A stretch of 64,000 nucleotides of DNA from Acidimicrobiia bacterium. Lineage in GTDB: Bacteria; Actinomycetota; Acidimicrobiia; Spongiisociales; UBA11373. The position numbers and the translations under genes were made by a program. The notes under the pieces are model-generated. The model was not told the origin of the DNA, ran no database searches, and saw only the letters and a list, made by a program, of their open reading frames with translations. Each line of letters begins with the position of its first letter. Position 1 is the stretch's first letter. The stretch spans positions 43,946 through 107,945 of the forward strand of contig JBBDWO010000028.1 of the NCBI GenBank assembly GCA_040902765.1, in the 5' to 3' direction. Shown in pieces: positions 49,925 to 60,117 of this stretch.

Positions 49925-50145
49925 CAGGTGTCGTCGTTCTCGTCGTCACCGAAGGCCGATTCGAATCGCTTCTGAATCGCCTCGACGGTCTCACCGGTCC
50001 GCTCCTTGATCCGGCCGACCAGAGCCTCGAAGTCACCTTCTGCAACCGTGAGGTCGTCATCGGTGAGCTGGCCCCATGTCTTCTTGGCGTGGCCCTTGAC
50101 CTGATCCCAGCGGCCCTGCCACTTCAGCTTTGTTTCCTGGTCCAC
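49924..50145 (-). CDS. CsbD-family stress protein
   Basis: KGHAKKTWGQLTDDDLTVAEGDFEALVGRIKERTG is a CsbD motif; GTG start after GGAGAG. Confidence 0.65.
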   Translation of the reverse strand: MDQETKLKWQGRWDQVKGHAKKTWGQLTDDDLTVAEGDFEALVGRIKERTGETVEAIQKRFESAFGDDENDDT

Positions 50146-50277
50146 AGGTCTCTCTCCCTGTTGGGTGCCAGGCTCAGGTACCCAACGGTGGGTGGCGGCA
50201 AACCTGGTGCGACGGTGCGGCGGGGGAGGAGGCCTTGCGACCGGTGGTACCCTTCCCGGCCGATCGGTGTGATCCAT

Positions 50278-50352
50278 TCCGGGGTAGCTCAACGGCAGAG
50301 CAGCGGACTGTTAATCCGTTGGTTGGGAGTTCGAATCTCCCCCCCGGAGCCA
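50278..50352 (+). tRNA. tRNA-Asn (anticodon GTT), CCA encoded
   Basis: Acceptor TCCGGGG/CCCCGGA, anticodon loop CTGTTAA, T-loop TTCGAAT, 3' GCCA. Confidence 0.9.
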
Positions 50353-50364
50353 GAAAACCCCTGG

Positions 50365-50547
50365 TCAGCGGGGGTTTTGTCTCCTCTCGGGCAGTGGCAC
50401 AACTGCTCCCAGGACGCGCTCAGGACGCGATTGGGTCGCGGAGTGAACTTCCAGGCGGTCCATCACCTCGCTGAGATCGCCCTCAAAAAGGTGGGTGTAG
50501 GTGTTGAGGGTCACGGTCGCGTTGCGGTGCCCGAGCTGCTGTCGCAC
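50365..50547 (-). pseudogene. Tyrosine recombinase (phage integrase) C-terminal remnant
   Basis: LGHRNATVTLNTYTHL is the box II region with catalytic Tyr; only 60 codons survive; located 13 bp from the tRNA-Asn 3' end. Confidence 0.6.
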
Positions 50548-50720
50548 CGGACGGCGAGATCATCCGCTGATCGGGGCAGGCGGCCGACGGCCTGGCCTCC
50601 ATCACCGCCACGCGCCTAGCCACCCGGACGGCACGCGCCGCCCCGTGCGACACTTCGCCACGGCATGCGATCCCAGGACGACGGGCCGTGCCGCCGCTGC
50701 GAGGGCGAAGGAGGCGGAAG

Positions 50721-51008
50721 GTGAGGTATCAGCTACGTGACTTTCGGATCAGGTCAGGGGCCCTGGAGGAGTTCGTCGACCAATGGCGTGCGGGGGTGGT
50801 GCCGTTGCGAGCGGAGTTCGGTTTCGAGATCATCGGTGCCTGGTCGAACCCGGAGACCGACCGCTTCGTGTGGCTGCTGGCCCACGAAGGGGACTTCGAG
50901 GCGGTGGACCGTACCTACTACGAGTCGGCCGACCGGGGCCGGCTATCGCCGGACCCGGCCCGACTCATCGAGGAGGCGCACAAGGAGTTCGTGGTCCCGG
51001 CCCTCTGA
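50721..51008 (+). CDS. NIPSNAP/Dabb-like small protein (putative)
   Basis: GTG start after GAAGGAGG; pattern YQLRDFRIRSG...FVWLLAHEGDFEAV is reminiscent of the NIPSNAP family (weak, from memory). Confidence 0.45.
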   Translation: MRYQLRDFRIRSGALEEFVDQWRAGVVPLRAEFGFEIIGAWSNPETDRFVWLLAHEGDFEAVDRTYYESADRGRLSPDPARLIEEAHKEFVVPAL

Positions 51009-51415
51009 ACCACCTCGGAGGGTCTTCGCTCAGATGTCGGGAGGGAAACCGGGGAGGATATGGCCGACGGGCACGAAGGGTTCGCTCCACTTTCGCGCGA
51101 GATCCTCCATGGTCTCCGTCAGTAGGGCCGGGGTCACGAGCCCTGCTCTTGGATGGAGGTCAGCGCACTAGTGACACGGTCGACAGCATGTTCGACGGGT
51201 CGTTTCCTCACGACTGCTGGTACTACGTGCGGTCGTGTGACGTACGCCGGCGAGCCGGACAACCTCTGCCCTGACCGGCAAGACAAACCCCTCCTCCGGG
51301 CGGCCGTCACAACCGATGAGAAGTATCCGTCAGTCGATGGGGGGCCAGCACGCCACCCAACGATGAGGGACCAGCCCGAGGCGCGGAGCCGAATCTGCGG
51401 CTGGACCCGTCGGAC

Positions 51416-52219
51416 CTAATGCTCTTGCAGCCACCGGAGGAGTAACTCGGTGTAAGTCTCCGGCCGTTCCATGTTCACGATGTGCCCCGCGCCTTCCACG
51501 ACCAGCTTCCGGGAGCCGGGGATGCGGGCGAGCATGTAGTCGGCCTGGCCGAGCAGCACGTCCATCTCGCCGTTGCCGACGACGACCGCCGTGGGTGGGA
51601 CGATCTCGTGAAGCCGACCGCTGGCTAACGGTTCCACCGGCAGGCGCGGCGGGACGTCAGACCGGACATGCGCCCACGTGTACTCGTTTACGAACATACG
51701 CTCGAGCCGGCGTCGCACCTCCGGAATCCCGCCGGCAACCCGCAACGGTGGGAAATCCCAGAGCAGCCTCCGCAGGAGAGCCTTGTCGCCTGCGGCTCCG
51801 GCACGCGCGATGGCTCGGAAGGGCTCGTTGAACGTGGGACCGAGGTCGTACCCAGGCATCGGATGTGCGCCGATGAAGAGGCTGCGCACCGCGCCGGGAT
51901 TGGTGAGTGCGTGGTCCAGGGCCACCTCACTCCCCATCGACAACGCCACAAAGTGGGCGGCATCGACGCCGAGGGCGTGTAGGAGTGCCGCGAGGTCTTC
52001 GTTATGTCGATACGGACGGTCCCCCAGCGGGGTACGGCCATACCCGCGGACGTCGTAGCGAACCACGAAGTGGTCGGCGAAAAGCGCCTCAGCCTGCTCG
52101 TCCCATTGCCTCAGGTGCAGCCAACCTCCGTGGAGGAGCACGACGGGCGGACCCGAACCGCCGGTCTCGTAGTAGAGATCGGTGCCGTCTACGCCGATGA
52201 CGCCAGAACTAGGCCGCAT
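51416..52219 (-). CDS. Alpha/beta hydrolase
   Basis: HGG oxyanion motif (VVLLHGGWLH); nucleophile elbow ALSMGSE; start at the internal ATG. Confidence 0.7.
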   Translation of the reverse strand: MRPSSGVIGVDGTDLYYETGGSGPPVVLLHGGWLHLRQWDEQAEALFADHFVVRYDVRGYGRTPLGDRPYRHNEDLAALLHALGVDAAHFVALSMGSEVALDHALTNPGAVRSLFIGAHPMPGYDLGPTFNEPFRAIARAGAAGDKALLRRLLWDFPPLRVAGGIPEVRRRLERMFVNEYTWAHVRSDVPPRLPVEPLASGRLHEIVPPTAVVVGNGEMDVLLGQADYMLARIPGSRKLVVEGAGHIVNMERPETYTELLLRWLQEH

Positions 52220-52264
52220 GTGAGACGGAGCGTACGCCGATAGTTTTCTCTTCCCCCTCCTTGT

Positions 52265-52296
52265 CTGGTTGGGAGTTCGAAACTCCCCCGGAGCCA
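52265..52296 (+). repeat. Degenerate direct repeat of the tRNA-Asn 3' end (CTGGTTGGGAGTTCGAAACTCCCCCGGAGCCA)
   Basis: Matches 50320-50352 with one substitution and a 2-nt C-run difference; attR-like. Confidence 0.7.
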
Positions 52297-52366
52297 CCGC
52301 TCAGCCACACGACTCTCCTTCCAGGTCGAGGTGCGGCGTCTGCCCTGGCGAACGATCGCCGTCGCA

Positions 52367-53209
52367 TCAGAGTTCCGCGTCGAAGGTGTTGCAGGCGTCG
52401 GGACCGCCGCTGTTCATGCCCACGAGGAACCACTCCTGGCGCTGCTCGGATGATCCGTGCGTCCACGTTTCGGGGTTCACCTGGCCCTGCGTCTGCTCCT
52501 GAATCCGGTCGTCTCCCACGGCGGCGGCGGCGTCGAGTGCCTGGGCGAGTCGGGCGTCGGTGATGGGCTCGAGGAACCCGGTCGCCACCGCGTGACTTGC
52601 CCAGACTCCGGCGAAGCAATCGGCCTGCAGCTCGGTCCGCACCGAGTGGCCCTCGGCGCCTGCACCGCCTCCGGCAGTCAGGGTGCCCATCAGGTTTTGC
52701 ACGTGATGGCCGTACTCGTGGGCGATGATGTAGGCCTCGGCGAATGGGCCGCCCTCGGCACCGAGGCGCGTGCGCAGCACTTCGAAGAACCCCAGGTCGA
52801 TATAGATCCCGGCGTCGACCGGGCAGTAGAAGGGGCCTACCGCACTCGTCGCGTGGCCGCATCCGGTATTGACCCCCTCTTCGAAGAACGTCGTGGTGGC
52901 CAATTGGTACCCATCGAGCGCACCGCCCCAGTACGCCTGGATGCTGTTCACGTAGCCGACGATGCGACAGTCTTCGCGGGTGGCGGCGTCGGCGCCGGTC
53001 CGGCACTCGTCGGTGAGCTCGGTGTCCTGGTCGCTGCCCACCGTTTCGCCATCGAGGCCGGCAGGCAACTGCGCCGGGTCTCCGCCGAGCACCAGGAATA
53101 GCACCAAGGCGAGGATTCCGCCCAGGCCGCCGACCGCGATGCCGGCGCCCTTGCCGCGGCGATCGCGAACCTGGCCGGGATCGAGTTGTGCGTCTTCTCG
53201 GATCGTCAT
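52367..53209 (-). CDS. YpfJ-family putative neutral zinc metallopeptidase
   Basis: HEYGHHVQ zincin motif and N-terminal TM anchor; the overlapping 351-aa ORF in another frame is spurious. Confidence 0.7.
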   Translation of the reverse strand: MTIREDAQLDPGQVRDRRGKGAGIAVGGLGGILALVLFLVLGGDPAQLPAGLDGETVGSDQDTELTDECRTGADAATREDCRIVGYVNSIQAYWGGALDGYQLATTTFFEEGVNTGCGHATSAVGPFYCPVDAGIYIDLGFFEVLRTRLGAEGGPFAEAYIIAHEYGHHVQNLMGTLTAGGGAGAEGHSVRTELQADCFAGVWASHAVATGFLEPITDARLAQALDAAAAVGDDRIQEQTQGQVNPETWTHGSSEQRQEWFLVGMNSGGPDACNTFDAEL

Positions 53210-53412
53210 TGCACTCCAATCCGCTCGGACATCCGCTCGGGCCACGCTCATACCCCGACGCCACGGGTAGGAAACACAGACCAGGCGACGGTCACGCCTG
53301 CGACGGCGGTGGTAGACGCCGGACCGGGCCGACGCGAATGCTGCTCACATGCGTTTGAGCAGCCGTTTTTCTGGGTAGGTGCGCGGTCCCACCATGTCGA
53401 GGAGGTCACGAC

Positions 53413-53622
53413 ATGAGCATCGACCAGCGAGAAGCGGTCCGAGGCCGGCTAATGGGGAGTTCCCTCGGCCGAAAGCCACGGCTGCGCGAGGAAACCGCAG
53501 TGTGCAGCACCACGGGGTGTAGCACCGTGCTCAGCCGCTACAATCTCGGCAGCGACTGCTGCGTCCATGCCGTCCCGCGGTACCCGCGTCTCCGAGGGGA
53601 GCTCGTCCATGACGGTTCCTGA
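53413..53622 (+). CDS. Cys-rich small protein (C-x4-C ... CC-x-H), unknown function
   Basis: Strong RBS GAGGAGG; CSTTGCSTVLSRYNLGSDCCVHA; overlaps the next small ORF. Confidence 0.4.
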   Translation: MSIDQREAVRGRLMGSSLGRKPRLREETAVCSTTGCSTVLSRYNLGSDCCVHAVPRYPRLRGELVHDGS

Positions 53623-53827
53623 GAACACTGGCACGGGGATGCAGTGCCAGCACGATGCGTGTACCTGCCTCGTCGCCGATCGAGCGGACTTCTGTAGTGA
53701 GGCGTGCCGTATCGGCGGTCGACAGAGCGCACACTGTGGCTGCGGCCACTCCGGGTGCGAGGTCGCCGAAGACAGGGATCCCGATTCGGTACTCGGCGAG
53801 ATAAGCGCAGCGCCACCGGACAAGTGA
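53609..53827 (+). CDS. MymT-like copper metallothionein candidate
   Basis: MQCQHDACTC...CSEAC...HCGCGHSGC resembles mycobacterial MymT (CSHEGCGC...CHC) from memory. Confidence 0.45.
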   Translation: MTVPENTGTGMQCQHDACTCLVADRADFCSEACRIGGRQSAHCGCGHSGCEVAEDRDPDSVLGEISAAPPDK

Positions 53828-53980
53828 GTGCCAGGATCGGTGCGCGGCCCGACCAGAACCCGTCTGGCCCGGTGGCCCGATCCTTGCTGGCTGACGTCTG
53901 CCTTGGCCAACCGCTGCCGTAGGGCCAATTCTCGCCTCTCAGGCATCGGGTAGCCTGCTGGCGGTCCCGGGAGGAGCCTG

Positions 53981-55312
53981 ATGGCGTCGCTTGCCGAACT
54001 CATCGAAGCCGGGGACGTCGATGCCCTGCACGAGTGGTTGGGCGAGACGGGAGTCCTCGAGACCTCCGAAGAGCTCGCCCGGCTCGATCCCGACGACAAG
54101 GGCCTGGCGTTTCGCCTGCTGCCGCGCGACCGCGCCCTGGAAGTCTTCGAATTGCTCGACCCGCCGGACCAGCAGCAGGTGCTCGAGGGCCTTCGTGCCG
54201 ACCGGGTCCGTCACATCGTCGAGTCGATGGATCCTGACGACCGGGCCCGGCTGCTCGACGAGATGCCGGCAATGGTCGCCCATCGCCTCATCGGCCAGCT
54301 GAGCCCCCACGAGCGTGAGCTGACCAACGTGCTGCTCGGCTATCCGCCCGAGTCGGCAGGCCGGGTGATGAGCCCGGAGTTCGTCAGCCTGCACGCCGAC
54401 ATGACGGTGGAGGAGGCACTGGCGAAAGTCCGTCAGGCGGGGCGGGCCGCCGAGACCATCTACGCCCTGCCCGTAACCGACGGGCACCGCCGTCTCGTCG
54501 GCGTCGTGTCACTCAAGAAGCTGGTCTTGGAGGACACGGATGCGGTGGTCGGCGACCTGATGGCGACCGACGTGCACTCGGTCCGGGTGACCGATGACCA
54601 GGAGTACGCAGCCCGGCTCATCCAGGAGGCCGACCTGTTGGCGTTGCCGGTGGTCGACGGGGATGAGCGCATCGTCGGCGTGTTCACCTTCGACGACGCC
54701 ATGGAGGTCATCGAGCGTGAGGAGACCGAAGACATCGCCCGCCAGAGCGCCACGACGCCGCTGGGTCGCCCCTATATGTCGGCATCGGCATTCGGACTGG
54801 CCCGTGCCCGCGCCACCTGGCTGCTCGTCCTCATCGTCGCCGCCGGGCTCACCGTCCAGGTGCTCCAGCACTTCGAAGTCGAGTTGGCGACCGTGGTCAC
54901 GCTGGCCCTGTTCATCCCGCTGCTCAGCGGTACGGGCGGGAACTCGGGTTCACAGGCCGCGGTCGCAGTGATCCGGGCCATGGCGCTCGGCGAGGTGCGG
55001 TTCCCCGACCTGCCACGGGTCATCTGGCGGGAGGCACGCGTCGGCCTCATGCTCGGCCTCATGCTCGGCGCCGCCAGCCTGATCCCGGTCGGGCTGTTCT
55101 TCGGAAGCGACATGGCGACTGTGGTGGGGCTCACCCTGGTCGCCATCTGCACGTGGGCGACACTGGCCGGATCGATGCTGCCCTTGCTGGCTCAGCGGTT
55201 CGGCGTGGATCCCACGGTCGTGTCGGCGCCGCTGATCACCACGCTGGTCGACGCCACCGGGCTGATCATCTACTTCCTGATCGCCCGGGCAGTGCTCGAC
55301 TTGACCGGGTAG
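53981..55312 (+). CDS. mgtE: Magnesium transporter MgtE
   Basis: MgtE N-terminal domain, CBS pair and 5-TM C-terminal domain. Confidence 0.85.
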   Translation: MASLAELIEAGDVDALHEWLGETGVLETSEELARLDPDDKGLAFRLLPRDRALEVFELLDPPDQQQVLEGLRADRVRHIVESMDPDDRARLLDEMPAMVAHRLIGQLSPHERELTNVLLGYPPESAGRVMSPEFVSLHADMTVEEALAKVRQAGRAAETIYALPVTDGHRRLVGVVSLKKLVLEDTDAVVGDLMATDVHSVRVTDDQEYAARLIQEADLLALPVVDGDERIVGVFTFDDAMEVIEREETEDIARQSATTPLGRPYMSASAFGLARARATWLLVLIVAAGLTVQVLQHFEVELATVVTLALFIPLLSGTGGNSGSQAAVAVIRAMALGEVRFPDLPRVIWREARVGLMLGLMLGAASLIPVGLFFGSDMATVVGLTLVAICTWATLAGSMLPLLAQRFGVDPTVVSAPLITTLVDATGLIIYFLIARAVLDLTG

Positions 55313-55338
55313 GGCTCACTCGCAAAGCGCGCATCCCC

Positions 55339-56130
55339 TTACAGGATCTGCGACAGGAACAGCTTGGTCCGCTCCTCCTGTGGGTCGGTGAAGAAGTGCT
55401 CCGGGGTGCCGACCTCGACGATCTCCCCATCGGCCATGAACACCACCCGGTCGGCCACTTCCCGTGCGAAGCCCATCTCGTGGGTGACCACGATCATGGT
55501 CATGCCGGAGCGGGCGAGGTCCTTCATGACGTCGAGCACTTCCTTGATCATTTCCGGGTCGAGAGCCGACGTGGGCTCGTCGAACAGCATCACCTTGGGG
55601 TTCATCGCCAGCGACCTGGCGATGGCGACCCGCTGCTGCTGACCACCCGACAGCTGCCCGGGATACTTGCGGGCCTGCTCGGGGATCTTGACCCGGGTGA
55701 GCAACTGCATCGCCAACTCCTCGGCCTCCTTGCGGGGGAGGTGCCGCGCCTGGCGCGGACCGAGAGTGATGTTGTCCATCACCGTCAGGTGCGGGAACAG
55801 ATTGAACTGCTGGAACACCATTCCCGTCTCCAGGCGAACCTCCTGGATGTTGCGGATGTCGTCGGAGAGTTCGATCCCGTCGACGACGATGCGCCCCCGG
55901 TCGTGTTTCTCCAGGCGGTTGATGCAGCGGATCAGCGTGGACTTCCCAGAGCCGGAGGGACCGCACACGACGACCACCTCCTGGCGCCCGACGTTCATGT
56001 TGATGTTGCTCAGCGCCTGAAAGTCCCCGAAGAACTTGTCGAGGTCGTCGATGTCGATGATGACGTCGCCGGTCCCCGTTACCTCGGTGGCGTCAGAGAA
56101 CATGCTGTTGGTTCGTGTGGTATCCGTCAT
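55339..56130 (-). CDS. Polar amino-acid ABC transporter ATP-binding protein
   Basis: Walker [10 protein letters not shown], signature [13 protein letters not shown], Walker [12 protein letters not shown]. Confidence 0.85.
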   Translation of the reverse strand: MTDTTRTNSMFSDATEVTGTGDVIIDIDDLDKFFGDFQALSNINMNVGRQEVVVVCGPSGSGKSTLIRCINRLEKHDRGRIVVDGIELSDDIRNIQEVRLETGMVFQQFNLFPHLTVMDNITLGPRQARHLPRKEAEELAMQLLTRVKIPEQARKYPGQLSGGQQQRVAIARSLAMNPKVMLFDEPTSALDPEMIKEVLDVMKDLARSGMTMIVVTHEMGFAREVADRVVFMADGEIVEVGTPEHFFTDPQEERTKLFLSQIL

Positions 56131-57521
56131 CTCACTCCCACTCCGAGCCTACGCTCGATGCGCTGGCTCTCTCTCGACATGCTGAATGTGATCGACCAGA
56201 AGATGAATGCGACGAAGACCAGGGTCTCGGCGATCCCGAAGGCCCGGAACTCCGCCTGGGCGTGGACGATGTTGCGGATGTACAGGATCTCGGCGATCGA
56301 GATGATGTAGAGCAGCGTGGTGTCCTTGGTGAGGGAGATGAACTGGCCCACCATCGGTGGGATGACGTTACGCAGCGCCTGGGGGAGCACGATGAACCGG
56401 GTCACCTTCCACGGGCTGAGGCCGACCGACTGCCCGGCCTCGATCTGGCCCGTGGGCACCGATTGCAGGCCGCCCCGGATGATCTCGGCGATGTACGCCG
56501 AGGCGAACATGGTGAGCACGATAAAGGCGCGGGTGAGTGAGGACAGGGGCGTCGCCGTGTTGAGGAAGAAGCCGATGAAGAACTGGCCCATGAGAAGCAG
56601 AGAGATCAGCGGCACGCCGCGGATGAGTTCGATGTAGCCGGTGGCGACCATGCGCAGGGCCGGGAAGGAGGAGCGCCGGGCCAGGGCGAGCCCCATGCCG
56701 ATCGGGAAGGCGAGGGTGAGCGCGATCGGTGCCGCCAGGAGGTTGAGCCGGAGCCCCTCCCAGCGTTCCCAGCCGACGCCGGGACTGTCGACGACCGCAT
56801 AGACCGCATAGGCGACACCGAGCACGCCGACGACAGCGCTCAGGCTGGCCAGCCGTCGAATCCGGTGGGTCCGCCAGTCGCGTCTGCCGAGAAGTCGTGA
56901 AGCGGCGAGGGCGATGGGGATGCCAATCCACAGCCAACCAGTGCCGTGGAATCCACTGACGATCTGGAAGCCGCCCACCGCCAGCACCGCCACGGCTGCC
57001 CAGACGTAGGGGACCTGCGGCGCCGGTGTGCGGGCGGCCACCCGCTGGAGGAGGAGGGCAGCAACGAAGGACACCCCGAAGAGGATCAGTGGGCCCCAGG
57101 TTTGTGCCATGGCGAGCAGCAGGGCCAGCGCAGCGAGGATGGCGCCGTTGCGTCGGGCCTTGGCAATGGCCGAGTCTTCCTTGTAGGGGAGCCCGGCGCG
57201 CAGAGCGCGGGCCTTGGCGCCGGCGACGGCCGCGCCCCAAGCCAGGCCTATGGCCGACGACCAGATGACGACCTGAGCGACAACACGCCAGATCTCGGCA
57301 CGAGGGAACCGGCCGATCATGAACAGAGTGAGGTTGTTGCGCACGGGCTCCCATCGGGCGGTTACAAACACGAATGTGACGCCGCGCCAGATGAGGTAGG
57401 CCACCAGTGGTACGAGGACGACGGTGAGGACGGTGTTCAGCCCGCTGTTGAACAGCCGCTTTCGCACCCAATGGCCAGGTGAGGTGATGATGCCATGGCG
57501 TGGGACTGTCGGGGCAGTCAT
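56127..57521 (-). CDS. Amino-acid ABC permease (HisM/AapM-like)
   Basis: EAA-loop region [23 protein letters not shown]. Confidence 0.8.
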   Translation of the reverse strand: MTAPTVPRHGIITSPGHWVRKRLFNSGLNTVLTVVLVPLVAYLIWRGVTFVFVTARWEPVRNNLTLFMIGRFPRAEIWRVVAQVVIWSSAIGLAWGAAVAGAKARALRAGLPYKEDSAIAKARRNGAILAALALLLAMAQTWGPLILFGVSFVAALLLQRVAARTPAPQVPYVWAAVAVLAVGGFQIVSGFHGTGWLWIGIPIALAASRLLGRRDWRTHRIRRLASLSAVVGVLGVAYAVYAVVDSPGVGWERWEGLRLNLLAAPIALTLAFPIGMGLALARRSSFPALRMVATGYIELIRGVPLISLLLMGQFFIGFFLNTATPLSSLTRAFIVLTMFASAYIAEIIRGGLQSVPTGQIEAGQSVGLSPWKVTRFIVLPQALRNVIPPMVGQFISLTKDTTLLYIISIAEILYIRNIVHAQAEFRAFGIAETLVFVAFIFWSITFSMSRESQRIERRLGVGVR

Positions 57522-58732
57522 CGTTCCACCAGCTGGATGCGTCGGTTGTAGATGTTGAGGACAAACGAGATCGTCAGTGAGAAGGTGAGGTAGACCCCCA
57601 TGAGCACCAGGATCGACTGGGGCGCCGGGCGTCCATTCCCGATCGAGGTCTGGGTGAGCGCGGTGATCTCGGCGTAGGCGACGACGACGCCCAGCGACGT
57701 GTTCTTCACCAGGTTGAGGTACTGGCTGATGATCGGAGGCACGGCGATGCGCATCGCCTGAGGCAGGAGCACATAGCGGTACCGTTGGAACCCGGTGAGG
57801 GCGATGGCGTTGGCCGCCTCGGACTGGCCCTTGGGGACGGCGAGGATGCTGCCGCGCACGATCTCGGCGATGTGGCTCGCCGTGTACAGCCCGAGAGCGA
57901 CGGTGACCGAGATGAACCCGTTGTTGAGTCGGTAACCGCCGTCGATCCGTCGTCCCGATTCGGCCAGCGCCGGGTAGGACGCGTCGAAGGCGTCACCGAT
58001 GAGCAGTATCGCGGCCACGGTGACGAGGCCGAGTACCCCGAGGGACCACCGCATCCGACGATCGGGAGCACCGGTGCGTTCATGCAGTCTGGTTCTCCAC
58101 ACGAAGACCGCGACGGCCGCCGCAATGCCAAGAGCGATCACCAGCCAGAAGAGTCCCAGGCTGGGCCCAGCGACGAACGACGGCACCGCCCACAGCGTGT
58201 TCGACAGGATGAGGCCGTTGTTGTGGGTGCCGGGTATCTGGAATTGGTGCGCCTCCGACAGCACCGGTAACGGCCCGAAGGTGAAGACGGCGAATCCGAA
58301 GAAGATAATGATGATCAGGGGCGGGATATTGCGCAGCGTTTCGACGTAGACCGCCGCCAGACGCGCCACCAGCCAGTTGGAGGACAGTCGGGCGATGCCG
58401 ATGAGGACGCCGAGGACCGTGGCCAACAGGATCCCGAAGAAGCCGGCGAGCAGGGTGTTCTTGACGCCGACGAGCACCATGTCCCACACCGGACTCGATG
58501 GGTCGAAGCCGTCGTCGTAGGGGATCTGGAAGCGGGTGGGTCGACTCAGGAAACCGAAGTCGGTGCCGATGCGGAGGCGGTTGAGGTTGTTGACCAGGTT
58601 GTTGAACAGCCAGAAGAAGAGGCTGAACACCGCCACCACGAACAGCACCTGGGCGATGACGCGCAGCACCCGAACGTTGCGGTACCACGCGATGCGCGGC
58701 TCGTCGGTCGGTCGCTGTGCGGTCGTCGTCAC
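57518..58732 (-). CDS. Amino-acid ABC permease (AapQ-like)
   Basis: EAA-loop SEAANAIALTGFQRYRYVLLPQAMR; large periplasmic loop. Confidence 0.8.
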   Translation of the reverse strand: MTTTAQRPTDEPRIAWYRNVRVLRVIAQVLFVVAVFSLFFWLFNNLVNNLNRLRIGTDFGFLSRPTRFQIPYDDGFDPSSPVWDMVLVGVKNTLLAGFFGILLATVLGVLIGIARLSSNWLVARLAAVYVETLRNIPPLIIIIFFGFAVFTFGPLPVLSEAHQFQIPGTHNNGLILSNTLWAVPSFVAGPSLGLFWLVIALGIAAAVAVFVWRTRLHERTGAPDRRMRWSLGVLGLVTVAAILLIGDAFDASYPALAESGRRIDGGYRLNNGFISVTVALGLYTASHIAEIVRGSILAVPKGQSEAANAIALTGFQRYRYVLLPQAMRIAVPPIISQYLNLVKNTSLGVVVAYAEITALTQTSIGNGRPAPQSILVLMGVYLTFSLTISFVLNIYNRRIQLVER

Positions 58733-58812
58733 CCTCTGAGGAACTCCAGATATGGCAGACGGGCGGTCGGCGGATGCCGACCGCCCGTCTGCGCGTCGTC
58801 TCTACTACAGGG

Positions 58813-59850
58813 TTACCGGTACGGCGGAGCGTACATCAGCCCGCCCTTGGTCCACAGATCGTTCGGCGTGCCCGCCAGGGGCAGCCCGATCGGGACCAGG
58901 TGGCTGTTGTAGATCTCCTCGTAGTTGCCCACCTGCGAGATGATGTTCACGGCGAAGTCGGGGTTGAGCCCCAGACCCACCGCAAAGTCCTCATCTCCGG
59001 CGTTGAGGAAGTTCCTCACGTTGGCATCGTCGGTCGGGAACGACCCGACGTTGCTGCTCGTGATGCCGAACTCCCACGCGATGACCGTGGCCAGAACCGA
59101 CCACTCGACGGCCTGCGCCCACGCCGAGTCACCGTCGAGGACGACGGGAGCGAGGGGCTCCTTCGAGATGACGTCGGGCAGGATCCGCTGAGCGGCTCCG
59201 CCCTCGCCCTCGATGTCCGACTTGATGCCGGTGAGCTGAGACACGTCCGACGTCCACGCATCGCACTGGCCCTGCTCATAGGCGGGACGCAGCGCGGTGT
59301 TGTCGGCGAACACCACCGGGTTGAACGGCACACCACGGGTGTTGAACACCGCGGTGAGGTTCAGCTCGGTCGTCGTGCCCGACAGCACACAGATGTTGGC
59401 GTCGGCGAGGTCATCGAGGCTCGTGATGCCCGAAGCGTCGGGCACCATCAGGCCCTGGCCGTCATAGAACGTGGTGAACAAGAAGGTGCTGCCCTCCTGC
59501 CCGTCACGGGTGGCGGTCCAGGTCGTGTTCCGGATCAGGACATCGATCTCGCCCGACTGCAGTGCCGTGAAGCGCTCGGCCGCGGCCAGCGGCACGAACT
59601 CGACGGCGTTGGCGTCACCGAGGACACCCGCTGCCACCACGCGGCAGAAGTCGATGTCGAAGCCGCTGTAGTTGCCGGCGTCGTCGACGATGCCGAACCC
59701 GGGGACCGTGTCGTTGACACCGCAACGTACGGTGCCACGATCCAGGACCGCGTCGAGGAGGCTTTCTCCTCCACCGGCATCGTCACCGTCGCCGCCACAG
59801 GCGCTCGCCACCAGGGCGAGGCTGAGCAACAGTACGGTCACTCGTTTCAT
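58813..59850 (-). CDS. General L-amino-acid ABC substrate-binding lipoprotein (AapJ/BztA-like)
   Basis: Lipobox LALVASACGG; SBP type-3 fold; the upstream 83-codon extension is spurious. Confidence 0.8.
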   Translation of the reverse strand: MKRVTVLLLSLALVASACGGDGDDAGGGESLLDAVLDRGTVRCGVNDTVPGFGIVDDAGNYSGFDIDFCRVVAAGVLGDANAVEFVPLAAAERFTALQSGEIDVLIRNTTWTATRDGQEGSTFLFTTFYDGQGLMVPDASGITSLDDLADANICVLSGTTTELNLTAVFNTRGVPFNPVVFADNTALRPAYEQGQCDAWTSDVSQLTGIKSDIEGEGGAAQRILPDVISKEPLAPVVLDGDSAWAQAVEWSVLATVIAWEFGITSSNVGSFPTDDANVRNFLNAGDEDFAVGLGLNPDFAVNIISQVGNYEEIYNSHLVPIGLPLAGTPNDLWTKGGLMYAPPYR

Positions 59851-60117
59851 GATTGGGATCTCCTTCCCTCCGGGGCACGACGGGTCGCACCCCAGAAGCA
59901 CTCTATTGCGTGCTACCGACGCCGGACAAACGGGGATCGGGATCTGCCAGGACACTTCGCCCAGTGGCACTGGGCATGTCCAGGCCGTCGGCTGGGGATT
60001 CAATCCGTATCTCTGGTGGCCGAAGGGGTTGCGCACCGCGCAAATGGTGCGAGACTGGTTCGGGGAGAAGCTCGAAGAGACTCGAGCCCATTTCACATAA
60101 AGAGGAGTTCACACAAC

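Noticed and set aside
52209-53264. 351-aa ORF overlapping the YpfJ peptidase in another frame
   Set aside because: It is Arg/Pro/Gly-rich with no motifs. The HEYGHH-containing frame is the real gene.
53828-53980. M-box (ykoK) Mg riboswitch upstream of mgtE
   Set aside because: The conserved M-box core (GTTAGGTGAGGC and the rest) is not recognisable in the leader.
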